64,000 nucleotides of DNA from contig CAVRVI010000006.1 in assembly GCA_963724635.1 (NCBI GenBank), positions 129,780 to 193,779 on the forward strand, given 5' to 3'. The stretch is from an uncultured Chloroflexia bacterium. GTDB taxonomy: Bacteria > Chloroflexota > Limnocylindria > Limnocylindrales > CSP1-4. The notes under the pieces are model-generated. The model searched no databases. It was given only the letters and a program-made list of their open reading frames with translations, and was not told the DNA's origin. Each line of letters starts with the position of its first letter. Positions within the stretch are counted from its first letter, which is position 1. The position numbers and the translations under genes are program-made. Shown here in pieces: positions 57,049 through 64,000 of the stretch.

Positions 57049-58457
57049 GTCGACCGGCGCTCGTCGTCCACGGGCACTTCTATCAACCGCCCCGGCTCGA
57101 TCCCGTTCACCGAGACGATGCCGGTCGACCCGACCGCGGCCCCGGCACGCGACTGGAACGAGCGCATCAGCGCCGACTGCTATCGACCCAACGCCGAGCT
57201 CGGCAACTTCGGGGCGATCTCGTGGGACCTCGGCCCGACGCTGGCCGGGTGGCTCGCTGGAGACTGGCGACCGGTGCGCGTATCGCGGGTTCGTGGACGG
57301 CGACCGCGGGTCCAACGGCCTCGCCCAGCCGTTCCATCACACCATCCTGCCGCTCGCCTCGGCGCTCGACCGACGGACCGAGATCCGTTGGGGCCTGCGT
57401 GACTTCGAGCTGCGCTTCGGCCGGCGGCCCCGCGGCATGTGGCTGCCCGAGACGGCCGTGGACCTGATGACCCTGCGATTGTTGGCGGACGAAGGCGTGG
57501 ACCACACCATCCTCGCACCGTGGCAGCTGGAGGGATACGAGCTGGACACGCGGCGACCCGTCCGGCTGGACCTCGGCGGCGGGCGTTCGATCGTCGTGGC
57601 CATCTACGACGGACTGTTGTCGGCGGCCATCTCGTTCGAGCCTCAGGCGACGGTCGATGCGGACGCCTTCGTCCGCGATCGACTCGTGCCGCGCTTCGGG
57701 CAGCCCCTCGACGACGGGCCGGAGCCGCTCGTGGTGATCGCCACGGACGGTGAGCTGTACGGACACCATCAGCCCCTGCGCGAGCACTTTCTGGCACGGC
57801 TGGTCGGTGCCAGCGCGCCGTCGGATCGAGGCTATGCGACCCCGTCCCTGAGCGACGCGTTGGCAACCGCGGCCGCACGTGGCCTCCCGGTGGCCCGGTT
57901 GCGCGAGCGCACGTCGTGGAGCTGCCATCACGGCGTGGCGCGCTGGTCGACCGGTTGCCCGTGCGTGGCGGACGGCGGTTGGAAGACGCCGCTCCGCATC
58001 GCCCTCGAGCGGCTTGCCGGCGGCATCGACGCCCTGACCGAACGGCTGGCGGCGGACCTGCCCGGGTCGACCGGACCCGTGGGTCGGGCGGGACGCGTAC
58101 GTGGACGTGGTCGTCGGCGCGCGATCCGTTGAAGCGTTCGCCACGGAACACCTGGGTCCGGCGGCGTCAACCACCGCTCGGGCGACCTGGATCGCCCTGA
58201 TGGATGCACAACGCTGGCGGCTGTCGATGTTCGCGTCATGTGCCTGGTTCTGGGAATCGCCCGAACGGATCGAGACCGCTTCGTCGCTGCGGGCGGCGAC
58301 GCGGGCCGCGCGGCTGCTGGACGGCCTCGCCGGCACCGACCTGGAGGCCCGGCTCGTCGCGGACCTCTCCCTCATCCCGGGTCCGGATGGCCGCGACGGC
58401 CGAGACGTGCTGCGGGAAGCCCTGGCGGCGGTCGGGCAGGTGCCAGCCAGCACCTGA
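57045..58457 (+). pseudogene. GH57-family protein of the DUF3536-containing type, 3 frame interruptions (~57100, ~57260, ~58070)
   Basis: The gene starts at GTG 57045. Motifs are ALVVHGHFYQPPR, DWNERISADCYRPNA, ISWDLGPTLAGWL, LAQPFHHTILPLA, WGLRDFELRFGRRPRGMWLPETAVD, VIATDGELYGHH, WSCHHGVARW and FASCAWFWESPERIE. The stop is at 58457. Confidence 0.75.
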
Positions 58458-58595
58458 TCGGCACTTGCGCCCGGAGCCCTGGGGGCCCAGGAATCCGTCA
58501 GCCCGCGGCCTGCGCGCCACGGGCTGAGGAGGAGAGGGATCGAACCGGACCGTCCGCGAGGGACGGAGGGCCGGCGGCGGCGAACGCCGCAGTCG

Positions 58596-58727
58596 TTACC
58601 GAGCGAAGAGCGACATCGGGCGGCCGTCGGAGGTCATCGTCCGGGAGTCGACTCCCCAACGGTCAACGGCGGACGCGAGGGCGGCCAGCGCCCCCAGGAT
58701 GATGATGAAGAAGATCAACCCGATCAT
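58596..58727 (-). CDS. Hypothetical 43-aa small membrane protein (low confidence)
   Basis: My own translation gives MIGLIFFIIILGALAALASAVDRWGVDSRTMTSDGRPMSLFAR. It has one strongly hydrophobic helix. It is below the ORF-track size cut-off and I found no family support. Confidence 0.3.
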   Translation of the reverse strand: MIGLIFFIIILGALAALASAVDRWGVDSRTMTSDGRPMSLFAR

Positions 58728-58748
58728 GCGGGCACCACCTTGTTGCTA

Positions 58749-58789
58749 TAGTTGGCTAGGCCAAGTGTGAGCCTAGTTGGACTAGTTGA
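58749..58789. promoter_or_regulatory. Candidate operator cluster upstream of and overlapping the GntR-type gene start: three TAGTTGR direct repeats and the palindrome TTGGC-TAG-GCCAA
   Basis: Seen directly. TAGTTGG occurs at 58749 and 58774, and TAGTTGA at 58783. TTGGCTAGGCCAA lies at 58752-58764. The stretch is locally AT-rich. Confidence 0.35.
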
Positions 58790-59817
58790 CTGTGTCAAAT
58801 GACGAAATCGTACCCCCGACGATGACGGGTCCCACCGCCGGTGGCAGCCTCGACGTCGAGCGCGATTCGGATGTCCCCATCTCGACCCAGATCTACTGGC
58901 AGCTCGCCTACCAGATCGATTCCGGTCGGCTCCTGCCTGGTGCCCGCCTCCCCCCGGTCCGGGAGCTCGGCGCTGCGCTTCGAGTGAACCCCAACACCAT
59001 CCGCGCGGTCTATCGACGTTTGGCCGATGCCGGGTACGTCACGAGTCGACATGGTGCGGGCACCCACGTGGCCGATCGCCCGCCGCAGCGACGCGGGACC
59101 GAGGCGCTGGCGGGCATCGTTGCCGAGATGCTGCGCCGGGCGGCCCATGCCGGGTTCACGGCGGACGAGGTGGCGGCCGCGACCTTCGCCGCAGCGACCG
59201 AGCGCAAACGCCCCGGACCGCTCGTCCGGGTCCTCTTCGCCGAATGCACCAGCGCCGATGCCGGCTACGACGCCGAACGGCTCGTGGACGCCTTCCCGGG
59301 TCTGATCGAGGCGGAGGGCACGCTCATCGACGACATGCCCGATCGACTCGATCGGTTCCACTACGACCTGGTCGCCACGACGACGTTCCACGCCGACGAA
59401 TGCCAGGTCCTGGCCGCCGGGCGCGTGCCGGTCGTCGCGATGCTCCTGGGTCCGGGCTACCTCGAGCTCGTCCACGAGATCGCCGGCCTGGCGGCCGGCT
59501 CGCGCGTGGGTCTCGTCTGCGCGAACGAGCGTGGCGCCGACAACATGCGCGAGACGCTCCAGCTCTCGGGCGCGACCGGGATCGAGATCGTGCCCGCGCT
59601 GATCGGCGAAGCGGACCGGCTCGCCGTCGTCGACGAGACGGCCGACGTCATCCTCATGTCGCGCGAGGCCCTGGCGGCGGGCCTGGAAGCGCAGCTGACC
59701 CACACGGAGCGGGTGCGTCCGTGGTCGTACGAGTTCGACCCGTCGGGCCTGGAGTTGCTCCGCCGGGCGATCGACCACATCACCGCGAATCGGCCGACGG
59801 AGGTCGTCGGAGCCTGA
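58786..59817 (+). CDS. GntR-family transcriptional regulator with a ~240-aa C-terminal domain of unassigned type
   Basis: Intact 343-aa ORF with a TTG start. The winged-helix motif is STQIYWQLAYQIDSGRLLPGARLPPVRELGAALRVNPNTIRAVYRRLADAGYVTSRHGAGTHV. Confidence 0.8.
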   Translation: MTVSNDEIVPPTMTGPTAGGSLDVERDSDVPISTQIYWQLAYQIDSGRLLPGARLPPVRELGAALRVNPNTIRAVYRRLADAGYVTSRHGAGTHVADRPPQRRGTEALAGIVAEMLRRAAHAGFTADEVAAATFAAATERKRPGPLVRVLFAECTSADAGYDAERLVDAFPGLIEAEGTLIDDMPDRLDRFHYDLVATTTFHADECQVLAAGRVPVVAMLLGPGYLELVHEIAGLAAGSRVGLVCANERGADNMRETLQLSGATGIEIVPALIGEADRLAVVDETADVILMSREALAAGLEAQLTHTERVRPWSYEFDPSGLELLRRAIDHITANRPTEVVGA

Positions 59818-59849
59818 CGTTCGTATCGCCCGCGTGCGATGCTTCGACG

Positions 59850-62800
59850 ATGCTGGTCGACGTCCCGAGGACCCGCGATTTCCACATCCGGCGGACGGCG
59901 CGCGAACGCTACGAGATCGAGCCGGGTCTGACCGGCATCCGCGGCGACATCGTCGTGACCGACGTCGCCGCCATCCGCCGACTGGCGGCCCGGATGAATG
60001 CCGAGCGCCCCGCCGGAGCCCCCGGGGTCGGGGCCGGCGAGATCGGGGCGCTGGGCCTCCTCCACGAGATCGGCCACCTGCTGATCGCCCGGTACGAGGC
60101 GACCCGCCGGCCCGCGGCGATGACCGCCGCCCTCGGCGAGGTCCGCGAACAGCTCGGCCCGGACGCGGACCGCCTGCTGGACCGCTACGCGAAGGAGTTC
60201 CCGGGTCGCGGACCGGCGCCGGAGCCGCCGGTGGAACGGCTCGAGGAGCTGCTGCTGACCCGGATCGCGAACGAGAACCCGGCGCTGGGTCCCCTCCGCG
60301 AGCTCGTCGACGACCGCGTCCTGGCCGAGGGCACGCGCTACGCGGATGCCATCTCGGGCCTCGAACGCGCCTTCGCCGACGGCGACGAGCTGATCCCGGG
60401 CGGCGGCTCGCTCATCGAGCTCATGCGGATGCCGGCGCGCGCCGCGCCGACCTCGCTGATCGGGCAGTTGCGCTACATCCGGGAGCACTGGGCCGGCCTG
60501 CTGGGCGATGCGCTCGAGTCCCTGCTGCTGCGGCTCGATATCGCGATCGGGATCCTCGCCGAAGAGGAGCGCGGCCTGCACCTGCGGTTCGGCGGCGGTG
60601 CCGGCGGGGGGTTCGGCGGAGAGGTCCATCCGCCCTCGTTCACGGGTGCCGGCGAGGAGCCCGAGGCGTTCTCCAGCGATTCCGCCTGGATGCCGCGGCT
60701 CGTCCTGATCGCGAAGAGCACGTACGTGTGGCTGGACCAGCTGTCACGACGGTACGGTCGCGACATCCGGACGCTCGATGCGGTCCCTGACGAGGAATTG
60801 GACCAGCTCGCGCGTTGGGGGATCACCGGGCTGTGGCTGATCGGCCTGTGGGAGCGGTCAGTCGCGTCGGAGCGGATCAAGCGGATGCGCGGCAACCAGG
60901 ACGCGGTCGCCAGCGCCTACTCACTCGACGACTATCGGATCGCCGAAGACATCGGCGGCGAAGGTGCCTACGCGAACCTGCGCGACCGCGCATGGGCCCG
61001 TGGCGTCCGTCTCGCGAGCGACATGGTGCCCAACCACATGGGCATCGATTCGCGCTGGGTGATCGAGCACCCGGAGTGGTTCCTCTCCCTGCCCGAACCG
61101 CCGTACCCGGCCTACACCTACACGGGCGCGGACCTCTCCCCGGACGAGCGCGTCGGGGTCGTCCTCGAGGACCACTACTGGAACGACTCGGATGCAGCCG
61201 TCACGTTCAAGCGCTTCGATCGCTGGGGTGGCGAGGACCGCTACATCTACCACGGCAACGACGGGACGAGTTTCCCGTGGAACGACACCGCCCAGCTGGA
61301 CTTCCTCAACCCGGTCGTGCGCGAGCAGGTCATCCAGACGATCCTTGAGGTCGCGCGGCGCTTCCCGGTCATCCGGTTCGACGCCGCGATGGTCCTCGCC
61401 AAGAAGCACATCCAACGGCTGTGGTGGCCGCTGCCGGGCGCCTCGGACGGCATCCCGTCGCGGGCGCAATACGCCATGTCGCAGGCGGACTTCGACGCGC
61501 GCATGCCGGTCGAGTTCTGGCGCGAGGTGGTCGATCGCGTCGCCGCCGAGGTCCCCGGCACGCTGCTCCTCGCCGAGGCGTTCTGGATGCTGGAGGGCTA
61601 CTTCGTCCGCACGCTCGGCATGCACCGCGTCTACAACAGCGCGTTCATGCACATGCTTCGCGACGAGGACGGCGCCGCAGCTATCGACGGCTCGATCAAG
61701 GAGACCCTGGAGTTCGACCCGGAGATCCTCAAGCGCTACGTGAACTTCATGAACAACCCCGACGAGAAGACCGCGGTCGAACAGTTCGGGAAGGGCGACA
61801 AGTACTTCGGCGTCGCGATGGTCATGGCCACGATCCCGGGCCTGCCGATGCTCGGGCACGGCCAGGTGGAGGGATACGGCGAGAAGTACGGGATGGAGTT
61901 CCGGCGGGCCACCCTGGACGAGCGGCCGGACCCGTGGCTCGTGGAGCGGCACGAGCGCGAGATCTTCCCGCTGCTGCATCGACGCGCCTGGTTCGCCGAG
62001 GCCCACGACTTCCTGCTCTACGACCTCGTGCACCGATGGCGGCGGGGTCGACGAGCACGTCATCGCGTACTCCAACGGCTCGGGCCCGACGCGTTCGCTG
62101 GTCATCTACCACGACCGGTTCGGGTCGACGGCCGGCGACGATCCGCGACTCGGCGCCGTACGCCCGCAAGAACGCGTCTGGGGCGAAGCGCCTCGTCCGT
62201 CGCTCGCTGGCCGAGGGCCTGGGGCTGCCGAACGACCCGTCGATGTTCGTGGCGTTCCGCGACGCCCGGACCGGCCTCGAGTTCCTGCGTTCGTGCCGCG
62301 AGCTCTGGGAGCGGGGCCTGTGGCTCGCGCTCGACGCGTACCAGGGCCATGTCTTCTGGGAGTTCCGCGAGATCGACGATGGCAGCTCCGGCCAATGGCG
62401 CCGGCTCGCGGAACGGCTCGGGGGGCGTGGCGTGCCGTCGCTCGAGACGGCCCTGCGGGACCTGCAGCTCGAGCCGGTCCATGCGCCGTTGCGCGCGGTC
62501 TTCGAGGGCGCGCAGGTGACCGGCGGTCCTCGACCGGGCGGCGCGACCGAGCGACCTGGACGTCCTCGAGCGCGCTTCGTCACGTTCCTGGCGGGGTGGT
62601 GGACGCGACGGGCGTGGCCGGTGGTCGCCGGAGACCCAACGGCGCTCGCTGCCGTCGTCCGTCAGCGCACGACGACCGCGTTCGCCGCGCACGCCGAGGA
62701 CCTGGAGCGCGCCGACCGGGCGGCCCTCCTGGGCTGGCTCGCCCTGTCGCGGACCGGGGAGCTGGCACCGGGCGCTGATGTCGCGGCGACGAGCGCCGCC

Positions 62801-63270
62801 TGGTTCGATGAGCTGCGCCTGGCCCCGGTGCTCGCTGTCGGGTTCCGCGGCGCCGGTCTGGACGAGTCGGCCGCGTGGGCCGCCGCCGACCAGGTCCGGG
62901 TCCTCCTCACGCTGCCTCGGCCGTCGGAGGTCCGCGCCCGCAGCGCGGCGCCGCCGATGCGCCGGCTGCTGGAGCGGTGGACGGCCGCGATGCCGATCCG
63001 GACGGCCATGGGCATCAACACCTGGGAAGGCGTCGAGTGGCTCGACCGCGACCGGTTCGAGGCGCCTGCTGGGCTGGGCGGTCCGCCTCGATGCCATCGA
63101 GACAGGCGCGCGCGGTCGACCGTGCCCGCGTGGAGCGCATGGGCGCCGCCGCGGCGGCCGCCGACTACCGCCTGGATCGATTGATCGCGCCCAAGGCATC
63201 GACGTCGACGCCGGCGACGACCCGCAAGCCGGCAACGCGGATGCCCCGGCCGAAGCCACCGAAGGGCTAG
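59850..63270 (+). pseudogene. Very large (~1140-codon) GH13-like alpha-amylase-family protein with a ~270-aa N-terminal and ~400-aa C-terminal extension, at least 5 frame interruptions (all after ~62040)
   Basis: ATG 59850 (MLVDVPRTRDFHI...). The alpha-amylase regions are RLASDMVPNHMG (I), VIRFDAAMVLAKKH (II), LLLAEAFW (III) and NFMNNPDEKT (IV). The C-part is recovered across ORFs 59244.., 61421.., 62293.. and 62875.. (...VIAYSNGSGPTRSLVIYHDRFGS..., ...LWLALDAYQGHVFWEF..., ...ADYRLDRLIAPK...PKPPKG, stop 63270). Confidence 0.7.
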
Positions 63271-63313
63271 CGAGCCGGATCGGACCCTGGACCGCCCCCG
63301 ATCGCGCGGCAGA

Positions 63314-64000
63314 TCAGTCGAACAGGATCCGTTTGAGCAGCGACGTCGGTGGGGCGCCGTGGGAGATGACCGCCTCGAGGTGGTCGCGATAGCGGAAGCC
63401 CGGCGTCGCGCCGAACCCGCCCGGCGAGCGCGCCGCGACGATCGCGTCCGGGTCTGCCCCGGCGGCCGCGGCTGCGCGCCGGCGCGCCTCCAGCTCGATC
63501 TCCCACATCTCCATCGAGCCCACGAAGTACGTCGACAGCTGCGTGGAGGACAGCCGCGCCCGGTCGAACTTCGCGCGCGCCTCCGCTCCTCCTGGAAGCC
63601 GCCGTCGACCATGTAGCGCGACCGCCTCGTCCTCGGTCATCCCCGCGGTGTGGATCCGGGTATCGATGATGGCGTTCGTGATCGAGCGCAGGTAGAACTT
63701 CCAGTGCGTCAGCAGGAGCGCCGGGTCGTCAGCGCCGTAGCCCGACGTCCATCATCACCTGGGTCACGTAGACGGCCCAGCCCTCGGCGAAGAGGCCGCT
63801 CGCGAAGACGGCACGCGGCGAGAGACGGCAGAGCGGTTCTGCGTAGACGCCCTGGAGGTAGTGGCCGGGGACCGCCTCGTGGATCGTGAGCAGCCGGAGC
63901 ATCCGGTCGTTGTCCTCGCGCAGGTACGACTCGCGCTGCTCCGGCCGACCAGTCGTCCGGCATCGGGGTGATGGCGAAGAAGCTCGGGAGGCCGCGGTCG
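63314..64000 (-). pseudogene. DUF885-family (metallopeptidase-like HExxPGH) protein, C-terminal ~228 codons; the N-terminus is beyond the right edge; ~4 frame interruptions
   Basis: Across frames it reads DRGLPSFFAITPMPDDWSA|EQRESYLREDNDRMLRLLTIHEAVPGHYLQGVY...EGWAVYVTQVMMDVG|YGADDPALLLTHWKFYLRSITNAIIDTRIHTAGMTEDEAVA|MVDGGFQEE|AEARAKFDRARLSSTQLSTYFVGSMEMWE...LLKRILFD. Confidence 0.7.

Noticed and set aside
58520-58600. The GGGATCGAACC motif (T-loop-like on the minus strand) with nearby hairpins might be a tRNA or tmRNA.
   Set aside because: No complementary T-stem, acceptor stem or anticodon arm can be drawn around it. The hairpins are more simply terminators after the GH57 gene.
59244-59849. 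The 5' part of the 1091-aa ORF overlapping the GntR gene might be real coding sequence.
   Set aside because: This part is read out of frame through the intact GntR gene and gives an Arg/Pro-rich translation. The conserved GH13-like protein begins at ATG 59850, just after the regulator's stop.

Overview
High-GC (~70%) chromosomal segment. The gene content looks Actinomycetota-like or similar monoderm: a DosR-type two-component system, GerW, an ECF sigma/anti-sigma pair and an SLH-anchored wall protein. This taxonomy is inference only. I count about 55 protein genes, one intact tRNA-Gly(UCC) and two tRNA-Gly-derived relics. I saw no rRNA, CRISPR array, transposase, integrase or phage genes.

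Gene order, left to right:
- ArsR-type regulator (partial), an ECF sigma/anti-sigma pair, GerW and YceI.
- A signalling block: DosR-like response regulator, GAF histidine kinase and a tandem HD-GYP protein.
- A catabolic block: CoA-transferase A/B, a VOC protein, a class-III aminotransferase and an aldehyde dehydrogenase. A GAF-GGDEF cyclase interrupts this block.
- HAD, FabI, DUF427, a TlpA/DsbB thiol-oxidoreductase pair and peptide deformylase.
- A metal block: a Fur-family regulator, the CbiM/PDGLE/CbiQ/CbiO transporter, and an FTR1 permease followed in frame by a cupredoxin lipoprotein.
- Two tandem ABC-2 exporter pairs, DUF1294 with a Ser/Thr kinase, a TspO-like protein and a DEAD-box helicase.
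- A 1283-aa protein with two cyclase domains, a STAND-type ATPase and TPR repeats.
- A ~4-kb repeat-rich adhesin gene.
- A lipid kinase/phosphatase pair and a 4.6-kb arsenic methylation cassette. Three co-oriented copies of a tRNA-Gly promoter-plus-gene module frame these two units.
- A cupin, an SLH/beta-helix wall protein, an ACT protein and an alpha/beta hydrolase.
- An alpha-glucan cluster: glgA, glgP, two GH57 genes, a GntR regulator and a giant GH13-like protein. A partial DUF885 gene ends the window.

Key caveat: at least 40 single-base reading-frame breaks interrupt otherwise well-conserved genes. Their density is very uneven. Several lie in G or C runs, so consensus error is the leading explanation. 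True pseudogenisation cannot be excluded from the sequence alone.
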